64,000 nt of DNA from the human T2T-CHM13v2.0 reference genome, Homo sapiens. The DNA lies in assembly GCF_009914755.1 (NCBI RefSeq), contig NC_060935.1; one strand, written 5' to 3'. How positions within the stretch are numbered: position 1 is the stretch's first letter; every line of letters starts with the position of its first letter. A program made the position numbers and the translations under genes. Of the stretch, positions 28,601 to 45,415 are shown in pieces. The notes under the pieces are model-generated. The model had not been told where the DNA came from. It was given only the letters and a program-made list of their open reading frames with translations, and made no database searches.

Positions 28601-29254
28601 AAGTTGTTTTTGTTTTATTGTTGGATAGTATTTTGTTCCTATTGAGTTATAAACTATATGTAATTAATTTCTTCAATATAATTTTAATTTTTTTGGCTTT
28701 GCTGATTTTATTTTTATATTCCATACACCATAATGCCAATACCAAGAAAATGTATGATTTACACATTTATGTGTAGATTGTATTCTATTGTTTAAAATAG
28801 TTTTGAATAATTTTGAATGTGAGTCATGAAATAACAAGTGTTCAGGAACTTTTTCTGATAGAGAGAAGTTAAATGAGAAGCATAGAAATCCAATTGGACA
28901 TATAGCAAACCTGGAGCATAGTAAAGACACTGTGAGTCAAGCAAGGAACTGAAAATAGAAAGAAAATGAGATAAGAAGAGCTCAGAGAGTTATTTCAGTT
29001 CTTTTGGCATTGTGAAAAAATAGATATTGTGAAAAGTGAGTCAAAACACCAAGAATCCATTGCTGTACCACCAATATAAATGTTCATTTTTTAAAAAATA
29101 AATGTCTACAATGTAGACTCTTTTTCCTCAATGATAATTTAAGTCCTGTGCTCATATCTGTACAACCTACCTCTGAGATGTTTTGCTGATCAAATATGTA
29201 AAAACACTATATGAAATAGTTACAAATATAAGATACCAGCAGCATTTTTCTTGA

Positions 29255-29907
29255 TAGCCTGGAATAGTCATTAACTATATATGTTAAAGTCCAATGTGGG
29301 CCAGGCACGGTGTCTCACGTCTGTAATCCCAGCACTTTGGGAGACTGAGGCAGACAGATCACATGAGGTTGGAAGTTCGAGACCAGCCTGAGCAACATGG
29401 AGAAACCTGTCTCTACTAAAAATACAAAATTAGCTGGGCGTGGTGGTGCATGCCTGTAATTCCAGCTACCCAGGAGGGAGGCTGAGGCGGGAGAATTGCT
29501 TGAACCCAGGAGGTGGAGGTTGTGGTGAGCTGAGACTGCGCCATTGCACTCCAGGCCTGGGCAACAAGAATGAAACTCCGTCTCAAAGGAAAAAAAAAAG
29601 CCCAGTGTGACTATATTTGAAAGAAGGGCATTGATGGGAATGATTAAGATAAAATGAGGCCATAGGAGTAAGGCCCTGAATAGATAGAATTGTGTACTTA
29701 TGAGAAGAGGAAGAAAGAGCACAGTTTTCTCTCTCTCCATGTGCATACACTGAGGAAAGGCTGAGAGAGGTCACAGCAGGACATCAAAACTGAATCAGCA
29801 GCATCTTGATCTTGGATTTCACAATCTTCCATATTGTGAGAAATAAATTTCTGTTGTTTAAGCTAACCAGTCTATGCTATTTTGTTATGGCACCCGAACA
29901 AAGACAG
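29255..29907 (+). mobile_element. MLT1A-like LTR interrupted by an Alu
   Basis: 'taaaatgaggccatagg', 'gtgagaaataaatttctgttgtttaagc...tattttgttatggcacccgaacaaagaca'. Confidence 0.8.
29299..29597 (+). mobile_element. AluSp/Sq-like
   Basis: 'cctgagcaacatggagaaacc', 'gcaacaagaatgaaactcc'; TSD AAAG(T/C)CCA(A/G)TGTG. Confidence 0.92.
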
Positions 29908-30088
29908 TAATTAAAAAATTCCCATTTGTCTCCTACCCAAGAGTATGTTACTACATAGACCTTGTTAAGAAAAACAGACATTAAATCATTGCTACCTGCT
30001 ACTCTAGACTGTGAAAACCTATCTCCCATTACTCCCACTGGCCTGGAAGGTGAACTTGTAAATACCACGATGCTTAAATTAAAGGTCA

Positions 30089-31396
<1,308 letters not shown>

Positions 31397-31704
31397 TATA
31401 TATATATGTTTATGTATAGACTTGTAGTAATAAGATTCTCAATATCATATACTCTTTCTTTTGCTGAATTTCCTAGTGTTAGAGGAACAATGAAGGATTT
31501 TAGGCCTCTATTTTTGTCCCTTGTAAGAAATAGAAATTGATTCTGGTACACTTAAGTAAACAGAAATTCATGGAAAGATAACTGAGGAAGTTGATAAACT
31601 AATAAAAATCAAGGCATTTGGGAGACCAAGAAACAGCAAGTTCCAACATAATCTTATAGCATTAAGACTTCACAGGACGCTTTTATCTTTACCAATGTCA
31701 TTAC

Positions 31705-31930
31705 CTATTATTTATTCGTGTATTAACAAATATCTTTTGGGGAAATACTACATACTGGTGACTTTTCTTGGTACTGGGGATACATCAGTGAAGAAGGAAC
31801 TTTTATACTAGTAAAGGAGTCCACAATAAATAAATAAATGTGTGGTTTATACAATTTCAGCTTATGGAGAAACAGAGTGTCGGGCAGGTAGGGGAGTTTT
31901 AAATAAAATAGTCAGAAATGACATACCAAA
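31705..31930 (-). mobile_element. L2 fragment
   Basis: 'tttattcgtgtattaacaaatatc...actacatatactgg...ggtactggggatacatcagtgaa'. Confidence 0.6.
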
Positions 31931-32361
31931 ACTCCTACATGTAGAGTATTTCTAACTAATCAGCATTAAGTCATGGGACTGTTCCATAAAAGGACAACAG
32001 TGAGTAAAGGAAGAACTGGCCTCTTCAGTTTATGCACTTGGAGATTTTAATCTTTCACCAACATTAACCACCAAATGAAACAAATAAGCATGTAGAAAAT
32101 AAGAAAGAATATACTCAACCAAATATATGTCAAATGTACATTATGCCTGGACAATCTGTTGCATTTCCTAAATTAGATAATATATTGAGAGTAATATAAT
32201 CAACTTTTAGAATCCATATGCTTTCTCAAAACCAGCTATAGAGACTGAAGGCAACTCAGTAGCAAGATACCCATGAGTATATTGCAATACTCTTTGTCAG
32301 ATACTTTTATCAAGTCCATTTAAAAAGAACTTATGGAATACTTTGTGCAAAGCATTGGACA

Positions 32362-32676
<315 letters not shown>

Positions 32677-33599
32677 GCATTGGACATTTTATACCACTCT
32701 GTTCAACAACTTCCAGAGAGGCAGGATATTTAGGTATATTTAATATAATGAACATTGATGCTCAATTTTTCTGAATAAGTCAATTCTAATGAAAATTTAG
32801 AAATCTGGATGATATCACCTTATAGATAAAAATAACCAGTAAATACAAAACAAGGCTTATTATGCATGCTGAATGAGTCTTACTTTAGTTTTTAAAATGG
32901 TACTGATATGCAACAGAGTTAGGCATTTATCCCAATAATCTTGTACTTTTTTTCAAATAAATGTTTGCATATAAATTGCTTTGAAGACTATCTTACCAAC
33001 TAAGAAGGCAAGAAGACTGAATTAATTTTAATCCTACTTGAGCTTTGCAGGTCTAAAGTTTACTACTAAAGCAGGATCTTTTGAAAACTTGCGATTTTGT
33101 GAATACAGTTATTCTCAGTTCTTAGGCTTTAAAACTTTTACCAGCGTTAGTACCACAGAATAATATGCACTCTAAATTTAATCTTCCTTTGTATGTACTG
33201 CTCTCTTTCCCTAGGAAACATATTGCCATAAATTCTGCGGTTTTGAGAGACATAATACTCTGTTAATGGTTTCATGTTCTGCCAAACGAAATAAGGGCCT
33301 CCAATATTACTTGTGTCAAATGTAAAAAACTAGCATTTTGAGACTGACTATTTCAAAATGAGTGATACTGCTAATAGTAATAAAAGTTTTAAAATAGCTT
33401 GTTTACTTTGTTTTAAAAAACTCAAATTTTCTTAAGTCTTCATACTCTTCTATATTACATCATAAAGTTAAAAATAAGACTATATTTCCTCTGCAAATAT
33501 TGCTTGAATTTTGTTTAAAATACTTACATACTTCCTTTAGAATAAAAAGAATGAATTTGATATCTCTGAGGAAAAAATTACATAAGTAATCGTAAGAAT

Positions 33600-33780
33600 T
33601 AATATTTGCACAGTACCCATACTTCCTAAAGCATTTCACACATTTTATCTTACTTGATCCTCACAGTAATCCTGTGAGGGAACTATTAAAGTGAGTCTCT
33701 ATAATCCCAAAAATACAGATTATAATATTAAGGATTATAAATAATTTGTCAAGGCTCTCAAAGCTAGTAACTGATATTAT
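33600..33780 (-). mobile_element. MIR fragment
   Basis: 'aagcatttcacacattttatcttacttgatcctcacagtaatcctgtgagg...aatttgtcaaggctctcaaagctagtaa'. Confidence 0.65.
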
Positions 33781-35251
33781 TCTTTTTTCATTTTTATTTT
33801 TTTCTTTCTGTTTAAAAATAATCCTAAAAAGTATTGCTTAGTCCATGTGTTTTAAATTAAGATAATATTAACCTGGTTTATAGGTGAAGGAAATATTGAA
33901 TTCTCCCTTCAGAATCTGTGCCCTTAACAATTTACTGTTTTATTATGCACGTATAGTAAGACACAAAGACAAATTTTTGAAGACAAAATTCTCTATAAAA
34001 TATCAGGTGGTTTTCCTCAAGGTTCAAGCCGGTTGTGATTAAATAACCACAGCCAAGTAATGCACATATACCCACTGATCAAAATGCAAACTGTTCCTGA
34101 TAATTTATAGAATCTGCCACTACAGTAACATGAAATTAGTTATCAAGTATAGCATCATTTGTATTTCTGAATTCTCACATATTATTACTTAAAAATAAAC
34201 TTTATAATTTTAAACAACAGTATCTTTAACTTTACCTCATGCATTCAACTACTACAGTGAATACAAATATAAGAGCTATATATATTTGTGAATGTTTAGT
34301 CCAAATTTAGGCCTACTTTACTAATCAAAGATTTAAAAGTTTGATAAACTTGAAAGGAGTTGGAACCATGAGTAAGAACGTGAATTGTTATAGAAAAAAT
34401 AATTAAATAACAGAAGAAAGATTAAATCCACTGTGAGGTGAAAGTAAACTTTGAGAGTAATAGAATGAACAATCTTAAAAAATAATAATAACAAACTGAC
34501 AAGAGAAAAAAATACCCTAAAAGTATCAAATACAAGTATCAGTACTAGTACTAATCAGCAACCTCTCGTGACGAAAGAAGAGCCTGGCATAGGACATGCA
34601 TTTTACAGATGGTAGAACTCCAATGCATGGGAGAGTGAATAAGACATAAGTGTATCAAATATATACAGAAATAGTATTGCTAAGATTTCACTCAACCCAT
34701 GAAATGAGATTTCTGCTCCAATGCAAGAACCACTACAGGTTATTTTCATGATAGAGAAAAAAAAATGACAGGGGATGTGAATAAAAAAACAAATCATTAA
34801 GTAAGTTTAGATCAACAGACACCAAAATTATTTCAATTTTTTCTGATTTATCGCAAAAATCCATTTTTTGATTTTTAAAATTATTAGATATGTTAAAATG
34901 TTTCTGAAAATAAAAAGTTGGCAGTTGTTTTTATAATACAATTTATAAATGAATGAAATGGATCAATATTTGAGTAATAATCTCTAGATTTACATATTAC
35001 ACAATTAAACCCACCATTAAATAATAAAACTTACATAGAATCAGCCAAAATATCTACTAGATAAGTTCTTAGACCATTTTATTATAGCTCATGTATTTTA
35101 GAAATCTCTTAATTTTTTTTTTTTTTTTACTTACTTAAAAAATGTTTCGGAAAAAAAATAGAAGAAATAAAACACAAATGTCCCAAAATCCAATCATACA
35201 TAAATAACCTCACTGACAACAACTTTCTTTGTATTTCTCACTTTCCATCTG

Positions 35252-35310
35252 TACACACACAAACACACACACAGACACACACACTCACACTCATACAGAG
35301 ACACATACAG
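35252..35310. repeat. Imperfect (CA)n microsatellite
   Basis: Interrupted CA run. Confidence 0.85.
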
Positions 35311-35814
35311 AAATTGTGTCTGTAAAATTTTTCAATAATTTAATTCTCTAATACTTATCTGTGCTGCTTTCTACAGATTCTGAGTGGTTTTGCCACTCCT
35401 TACATTTGGCCTAAATGATTACATACTTGTGGTTTAGGTTTGTTTGTATTCATTTTTCTTTTAATAGGAGGAAGTTTTGTTATAATATTTTAGTTGTAAT
35501 AAAATATATTATTAACTTTACAGTTTGAGTGCTTCTCCTACTTTGAAAGCTTTCCCCAAACCAAAATTATCTTATTTTCTCTAAACATTCATGCAAAGAA
35601 ATGTTGCTTAAAATTTAATCTATATGAAAATTATTTTTGTATATAGCATGAGAACAGAGATCAATTTTATTGTTTTCATTATTTATGAAATAAACCATTA
35701 TTTCTCAGTACATTGAAATAATACTATTTTCACATCTCAAATTCAAATATATACTATCATCTATTTTGACATATTGTTTTGCACTGAACTCTGTGGAATT
35801 TTTTTTAAAAATCA

Positions 35815-36517
<703 letters not shown>

Positions 36518-37374
36518 TTAACTATTTTTCGTATAAAGTTAAAGTACATTCTATTTTAAAGGTAGAACATATTGCATATTTTCTTAATTTCATATTATCA
36601 CATACATGTGATAAGTGAGAAAATATTAATATTTTATCATGTTTTCTTTCCTTTCCATTACTGGATTATGATTTGCCATTTGTGTAGATGGTGTTTAATG
36701 TTCTTTAATATGAGTTAAAGTATTAATATACTTCAAATGTGTTTAGAATATTTTTAAAATTTAATTTTATGTGGATTTTCTTTTATTCAATTGAGTACAT
36801 TGTCTTCCATTTATATGCATGACTTCCTATCTGAGGCATACAGAAATAAAACAATTTTCTTTTATTTTTGGAGGAATCTAAATATTTAATATAATTTCAC
36901 ATTTACAGAAAAGTTGAAACAGTGGTACATAGTACACTATGATTTTCCAGAGACAATTATCTTTGTATTCATCAGAACATTGTGTATTTCTAAGTTTATT
37001 TTTTCATAAAGTTTAAACAATTTTTCTACATTGTTCAGTTTAAAATTTTTTTTCTCTCTTTTCAGCTTCTGTGTCTGTGTCTTCAATTGCATATTTGTTA
37101 AGACTATCTGACTGTATTTCACAGGTCATTGGTACACTCTACATTTTTTAGTCTTGTTTTCTTTGTTTTTCAATTGTACAATTAATATTTATGCATTTTT
37201 CAAATTCACCAGCCATTTTTTCCATTTTCAATCTGTTAAGCCGAACTGTTGAATTTTGTATTTTATTTTTATGTAAAGGATCTATATGTGTTCATTTTTA
37301 TAGTTTTCATTTCTTTGCCATCTTTTCATTTATTTTGAATATATTTTCTTTTAATTCCTTGAAGATGTTAGTAT

Positions 37375-37620
37375 AAATATATAATATAAATATTCATATT
37401 ACATATAATATTTATATTATATATTTAGATTTAAATATATAATATAAATATTCATATTACATATATTTATATTTTATATTTAGATTTAAATATAAAATAT
37501 AAATATTCATATTACATATAATATTTATATTATATATTTAGATTTAAATATAAAATATAAATATTCATATTACATATAATATTTATATTATATATTTAGA
37601 TCTAAATATATAATATAATT
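37375..37620. repeat. AT-rich minisatellite, unit about 55-59 bp, about 4 copies
   Basis: Unit 'tataaatattcatattacatataatatttatattatatatttagatttaaatat(a)taa' starts at about 37386, 37443, 37498 and 37556. Confidence 0.9.
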
Positions 37621-38209
37621 TATATTTGAATATATATTTATATTACATATTTATATGATGTATTTATTATATAATTAGTTATATATAATATATAATATGT
37701 ATTAATTATATAATTATATATTTACAGAAAAAGAACTTTAATATATTTATCTTATATATTTATATATTACTCATTATTATTTTCCATTTCATATATAATA
37801 TAAATATATATTATAAATATATTATTTAAAGTTCTTTTTCTGTAAATACGTCTGAGTAACCTTGGTGTAGATTTCTATTAACTGCTAATTAGATATATTT
37901 TTCCGTTTCTTCACAAGTCCAGTATTTTTTATCACATACTGGACATTGTCCATACTATGCTGTCAAGAGTATTGTTTTTTTTATCTTTTTCTGAAAAATA
38001 TTGATTTTTGTTTCAGCTCAAAGTTAACTTTCCTGGACTAAAAGTTTAAACTCTGACATCCCTACAATGGGCAGTGAGTACAACTTTTTATTCTTTTAGC
38101 ATTTCAATTATTGGTTTTTGGTAGGAAATTTGACATTTTTCTCACATATACAAAATTAATGTGTCAACCAATAAACCAATAAATTGAGCACAGTTCACAT
38201 TCAAATTAG

Positions 38210-38526
<317 letters not shown>

Positions 38527-39310
38527 AAGGCTATCCTTTCTATAGCTTCATTTTCCAGGATTTTATTCTTTCTGTCCAAGCTGCTTCTGAATGCCTATAC
38601 TCTGTACCATAACTTCCCAAGCAAGTTATACTGTGACTTTCTGCTTAAGTCCAGTCCACACTCTTTCAAATGAAGAATGTCTCCAGGTAAAAAGCCATAA
38701 CCACAGGAATTTTATCTAGTAAAGTTTAATACCTTCAGAAGATATGGAAACCTAAACAAGGTAATTTAACATAGATATTACAAATATGTATCAAACTTTA
38801 CATATCAAAAATAGAAAATATACCAGTTTCTCAAGCAAACATGGGATATTTCAACAAGTGATCAAATATTTGATCACAACATAAACATCAGTAAAGAGAG
38901 AGTTATTGCAAATAAATTGTTAAAAACATTACAAGCAGCACTCATCACAATGCGTAAAATAGAAATTAGTAACAAAATCTAAACCAAAATCTCTTCTAAC
39001 TAGAAATTAAAACTAAAAATATTTTTGTAGAAAACCTTGTAGTATAAAATACTTGGATACAAAGAAAAATAGAATCCAATATTACAGAAGTTGTAAAATA
39101 CAATTATCAGTAATTATATGCTGCTCTTTATTATTATTTTCCATTTCATCATTAAGGTTTTTCTTCTCAGGTAAATTGTAAATATTTAAGGTTAGAAAAA
39201 ATATATGTGATTATTTTGAAATTCCCTTCTCTACCTTACATTCATTCTGTCTCAGGCTAGCCTGTAATAAGTATTAGAATGCATCTATTAAATTTAAAGA
39301 AATATCTACA

Positions 39311-39478
39311 AGTGGAATCCCTGGGTCATGTGGTTGTTCTGTTTTTAAATTTTAAAGTAACTTCCATAATTTCATTGTGATAATCATTTCACAGTTGTAT
39401 TTATATCAAATCCTCACACCGTACACCTTAAATATATATAATTTTTGTCAATTATATTTCAATAGAACTGTAAAAAAA
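39311..39478. mobile_element. Short 5'-inverted (twin-primed) old L1 insertion
   Basis: Antisense ORF2-end piece (39311-39368) fused to a sense 3' terminus with A tail; flanked by AAAGAAATATCTACA and AAGGAAATATCTCCA. Confidence 0.7.
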
Positions 39479-39654
39479 GGAAATATCTCCAGTGAACAAC
39501 TGACAACTACTGACCAGTCTTTTCTTAATTATTAGCTCTTAGCTAAGAGCATTACTTTATCTCAAAGATGGAATTACACTTATTTTAAGAATTTTTTTTT
39601 TCATTTTCTCATTCCCCGGTATGAGTCTGCACAATTACATAACCTTCCAAACTC

Positions 39655-39930
39655 TTTTTTTTTTCTTTTTCATGTTTCAGAAACAAGTTCTCACTCTTGC
39701 CCAGGCTGGAGTGCGGTGGTGTGATTATGTCTCACTGCAGCCTCAAACTCCTGGACTTAAGCAGTCTTCCTGCCTCAGGCTCCTAAGTAGCTGACTATAG
39801 GCATAAGTCACCACACCCACCTAATTTTTAAAATTACTTTTGGTATGGATGGGGGTCTCTCTATGTTACTCAGGCTGATCTTGAACCCTTCAAGCTATCT
39901 TCCCACTCCACCCTCTCCAAAATGCTTACA
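39655..39930 (-). mobile_element. AluJ
   Basis: 'cactgcagcctcaaactcctggacttaagcagtcttcc', highly diverged. Confidence 0.88.
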
Positions 39931-40253
39931 AGTTCTTATTAACTTTTCCTGTTTTACTTCATATTTTACTAATCTGAGTAACACTCTATTCTTAGGATTA
40001 TCTGTGTAACCTCTATATTAACTCAAATTCTAGTCTAAATTTCATTTTCTATCCTTTGTTTTTTATCTGGAAAGTATATATGACAATAATTTCTTGTCTG
40101 AATAATTACTAATCTGCATATTGTTCTTTATAATTTACAAATCACTAAAATCCTTAAAGTATTTTTATGTATATTTTACAAAAAATGAAAGATATTGAAA
40201 TGTAATAACCCTTTAAGTGAATTGACTACTTCACAGTGACAGTATGTTGCTGA

Positions 40254-40603
<350 letters not shown>

Positions 40604-41885
40604 AGCCTGTCAGATTTAATGCTGTTTTTCACACAATGCAGGATTACTTGTGAATTAATCTGTAAAGTTTGAACATATTTGTTCCCCAATATCATAATGG
40701 CAAATAAAAAATATTTCAATACCAATAATGGTGATCTATTTCACTAGATAGTCATGCGGAATAACAAGAATTCATAAGGAAGCTGATGAGAATTGGGGAA
40801 ACAATTGTGACCCTAAACTTTGCAAGAGCCTAACAGAGAACATAGTCCTTATATCCCAGTTTCAAAAGAAGTCTTGTCTAACTTACAGAGATCATCTACT
40901 GTAAACCTGTTAAAGCTTTAAAATCAAACCAATACTCATTTATTTTACCTCACATGTCTTCACAGCTCCTTCTACTTGATATATTTCTTTTACACTAAGT
41001 TAATTAATTCTAATATTCTTAATATTTATAATTATTTTTCTCATAGTGATATTGCTTCCATGTGAATTATTTTAAATATGATTCCTTAAAGAATTCTTCC
41101 AATTACATATGTATTTCCAGTGATGTTACCTTTATGTAAGATAAGCGAGAATAGTTATGTCAAAAATTTTTATTTTTGCTGCCACAAGTAGAATTAATAA
41201 ATTTGCTTTTAATTAGATTTATTATCTCTAAGGTTATGTATGTTTCAATCATTCAAAATTACTTTGCAGTTAAAATAAGAATAATATCTGTGGACAGTTG
41301 TCATTTGAAACAAAGGTAAGCTAGATAGAAAGGCAGAGAGCTATGAAAATCCTCAAGGGCTTCTGAGCTGACTTTTTTTCTTTAGTGGGTGGCTGGTTAT
41401 AATTTATACTTTAGAACTATTCAAATTAAACAACAAAATTTAACTTGTTTCATATTTGCACTGATTTTATATTTGTAATAAGTATTTTCTTTTTTTAATG
41501 GTCTGGCTGGATATATCAATTATAATCAGTTCCACTATACATAACTGGAAATGATATGGAATGAGTCATTTGCAATTACAGGTTTGCCAAATACTATTAA
41601 TATTCACTTCGCAAAAACCATCTTCAATTGTTGAAAGGTTTCCCTAAGAGAAGGCCCTATTCCTTTTCAGAACATGCATACCTACTCCTTTCATGTGAGA
41701 CTAAAGAGGTGCAGATAGATGAGAGAAACTGTCCTGAGTCTCAACAACCCAGTGACTGGAAAACGTGGACACTAAATTTTATTTCATTATCGTTACACAC
41801 TGTCTTTGAAAATTTTATTACAGAAGAGTGACTCTCTCCCCCATGTGAGGTAGAGGGAGCTTGCAGTGATAAGATAACTAACGAA

Positions 41886-42181
41886 TTTTTTAGTTTTTTT
41901 TTTGAGACGGAGTCTTGCTCTGTCGCCAGGCTGGAGTGCAGTTGCGTGATCTCAGCTCACTGAAACCTCTACCTCCTTGGTTCAAGCGATTCTCGTGCCT
42001 CAGCCACCCCAGTAGCTGGGATTACAGGCACGTGCCACGACGCCCAGCTAATTTTGTATTTTTAGTAAAGACAGGGTTTCACCATGTTGGCCAGGATGGG
42101 CTTGATCTCTTGACCTTGTGATTCACCTGCCTCGGCCTCCCAAAGTGCTGGGATTACAGGAGTGAGCCACCGCACCCAGCC
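41886..42181 (-). mobile_element. AluSc-like
   Basis: 'tgtcgccaggctgg'; TSD approximately ATAACTAA(C/T)GA. Confidence 0.92.
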
Positions 42182-43114
42182 AATAACTAATGATTTCTAG
42201 CAGACAAATTATAACAAGGAGAACAACAGAACAAACACAGAAAACTAAGAATAAATAAATGTACTTTAACTAATACCAAAGGAAAGGTATACTTTGGAAT
42301 TGAGGGGGAAAAAAAACCTCATGGTTTGCACAGGTGAAGAGGCATAAAATCAGAGAGAAGCAAACAAACAAAAAAGAGGACTAATGAAAGAAAATTCAAA
42401 GAAGAAAGAAGAACACCAGATGGCAGAGCAAAAGAAAGACAGCCAACACTATTTCAAGGAAAACAAACAGATCCCAAAAGTAAAGTGAATTCAAGTAAAT
42501 GTGCACAGCAGGGAAGAAAGAACAAAGTACTATATGAGGGGAACTTAGGTTAAAACATAGTGGAATTGCAGCTTTCTGTACTTGGCTTTCTGAGCTGATT
42601 GTGCAACAAATAGAATACTATGTTAGATTAGTTTAATGAGTAAGCTCCTTGGGATTTATGAGTAAATGTGTCAACAGGAGTGCAAATATAATTAACTTGC
42701 TTAAATATGTTAGCATAAACCCAAGGATATCTGTGACTGACAGCAAGTGCCTAAATCTAAGATGATTTCCCCTCTAATGAGAGTTCAATTATAGATGGAA
42801 AGAAACTTGCTTTCTTTGTCTCACATGAGCAACACAAGTCTCTTTAAAGAATGATGCAATTGGAGTAGTAGCAAACCTGGGACCTGTCAAACATGGTATA
42901 TTCATTTTAGGTGAAGTTGATTTAAACTTTAAAAAAAATACAATTACTACTAATTTAGTGATTTTAGGAATGGGAGTACAAGCTTGTAATAAGCATTCCA
43001 TGGGAAAGCATTATAAAGTAGTGTTTGAAAAGGAGCAGATGTAATCAAATAGGATCATTTTTATAATGTAATATTTGAAAACCCATGATCATAAAAATAT
43101 ACAGTATATAATGG

Positions 43115-45415
43115 CGTATTAGTCTGTTCTTACAATGTTATAAAGAACCACCTGAAACTGGGTGATTTATAAAGAAAATAGGTTTAATTGACTCACAGTT
43201 CCAATGGCTGTACAGGAGGCATGGCTGGAGAGGCGTCAGTAAACTTACAATCATGGTGAAAGGGAGAAGTATAAGCAAGCAGGTATTCAAATGGCAGCAG
43301 ATGAGGGAGAGAAAGAAAAGGAGGAAGGACCACACATATTTAAACCAACAGATATCTTGAGAACTTAATAAACCTCACAAGAACAGTAAAGGGTAAGTCC
43401 TCCCCCATGATCAAATCACCTCCCACCAGGTCCCTGCCCCAGCATTGGGAATTACATTTCAACATGAGATTTGGGTGGGGACATAGAGCCAAACCATATC
43501 ATTCTGTCTATGGCTCCTCCCAAATCTCATGTTCTTCTCATGTTTCAAAAGACAAATTATGCCTTCCCAACAGTCCCCCAAAATCATAACTCATTCCAGC
43601 ATTCACTCAAAAGTCCAAGTCCAAAGTCTCATCTGAGACAAGTCCCCTCTGCCTATGAGCCTGTAAAATCAAAAACAAGTTAATTACTTCCAAGAAACAA
43701 TGCAGGTACAGTCATTGGGTAAGTGGTCCTATTTAAAATGAGAGAAATTGGCCAAAACAAAGGGGCTATAGGCCCCATGCATGTCCAAAACCCAGAAGGG
43801 CAGTAACTAAATATTAAAGCTCCAAAATAATCTCCTTTGACTCAATTGCTCACACTCAGGGCACACTGATGCAAGGGGTGGGCTTCCAAGGCTTTGGGCA
43901 GCTCCTACCCCATGGCTTTGCACAGTACAGTCCTCACAACTTCTTTCATGGGCTGGTATTGAGTGCCTGCAGCTTTTCCAGGTGCATGCCACAGGCTTTG
44001 GGTCAGTCTACAGTTCTGGGGTCTAGAGGACAGTGGCCCTCTTCTCACAGCTCCACTAGGAAGTGCCCCAGTGGGGACACTGTCGGGGGGCCTCCAACCC
44101 CACTGTTCCCCTCTGCATTGTCTTAGTAGAGGTTCTCCATGAGGGCTTCGCCCCTGCAGCAGACTTGTGCTGGACATTCAGGTGTTTCCATATATCCTCT
44201 GAAATCTAGGCAGAGGCTCCAAATATCAATTATTGCCTTTTGTGCACCTGCAGGACCAACACCACATGGAAGTTGCCAAAGCTTGAAGCTTGCCCCTCTG
44301 AAGCAATGGCCCAAGTTTTATGTTGGCCCCTTTTAGCCACAGCTGGAGCTGAAGTGTCTGGAATGCAGGGTACCATGTCCTGAGGCTGCACAGAGCAGTG
44401 GGGCCCTGGGCCTGGCCCACAAAACCATTTTTCCCTCCTAAGCCTCTGGGCCTGTGGTGGGAGGGGGTAGCAATGAAGGTCTCTGAAATACCTTGGAGGC
44501 ATTTTCCCCATTGTCTTGGCTGTTAACATTTGGCTCTTCTTTACTTATGCAAATTTCTGCAGCCTTGAATTCCTTCCCCCAAAATGGGTGTTTCTTTTCT
44601 ACCCCATGATCAGGCTGCAAATTTTCCGAACTTTTATGCTCTGCTTCCCTTTTAAAGATAAATTCTCTTTGCTTATGCAGATGATTGTAGGCTTTTAGAA
44701 TTAACAAAACCACTTCTTGAACATGTTGCTGCTTAGAAATTTCTTCCACCAGATACCCTAAATCATTTCTCTCAAGCTTAAAGTTCCACAGATCCCTAGA
44801 GCAAAGGCACAATCCTGCCAGTCTCTTTGGTAAAGCTAAAGCAAGACTGACCTTTACTCAGTTTCCTAATAAGTTCCTCATCTTTATGTGAGACCACCTC
44901 AGCCTGGATGTCATTGTCCATGTCACTATCAGCATTTTGGTCACAACCACTCAACAAGTCTCTAGGAAGTTCCAAACCTTCCCTCATCTTCCTGTTTTCT
45001 TCTGAGCCCTCCAAACTGTCCCAACCTCTGCCTGTTCATCAGTTTCAAAGTTGCTTCCATATTTTTCAGCATCTTTTTAGCGGTGCTCCATTTACCTGAT
45101 ACTAGTTTTCTATATTACTCTGTTCTCACAATGCTATAAAGAACTACCAAAGACTGAGTAATGTATAAAGAAAAGTGGTTTAATTGACTCATAGTTCCAC
45201 AGGCAGTACAGGAGGCATGTCTGGGAGGCCTCAGGAAACTTACAGTTATGGTGGAAGCATGAAGGGGAAGCAAGCACATCTTCACATGGTGGCAGGAGAG
45301 AAAGAGAACAAAGCAGGAAGTGCCACACACTTTTAAACCATCAGAACTAATGAGAACTCACTCACTATCACAAGAACAGCAAGGGATAAATCTGCCCCCA
45401 TGCTCCAGTCACCTC
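43115..45415 (-). mobile_element. MST(A)-type MaLR provirus: 3' LTR 43115-43501, internal 43502-45110, 5' LTR 45111-45415 (interrupted)
   Basis: Two similar LTRs flank an internal region of about 1.6 kb with MaLR gag-like translations (EGSEENRKMREGLELPRDLLSGCDQNADSDMDN; DLWNFKLERNDLGYLVEEISKQQ). Confidence 0.9.

Noticed and set aside
37375-37620. CRISPR-like repeat array
   Set aside because: Tandem AT-rich units with no unique spacers, in a primate genome; this is a minisatellite.
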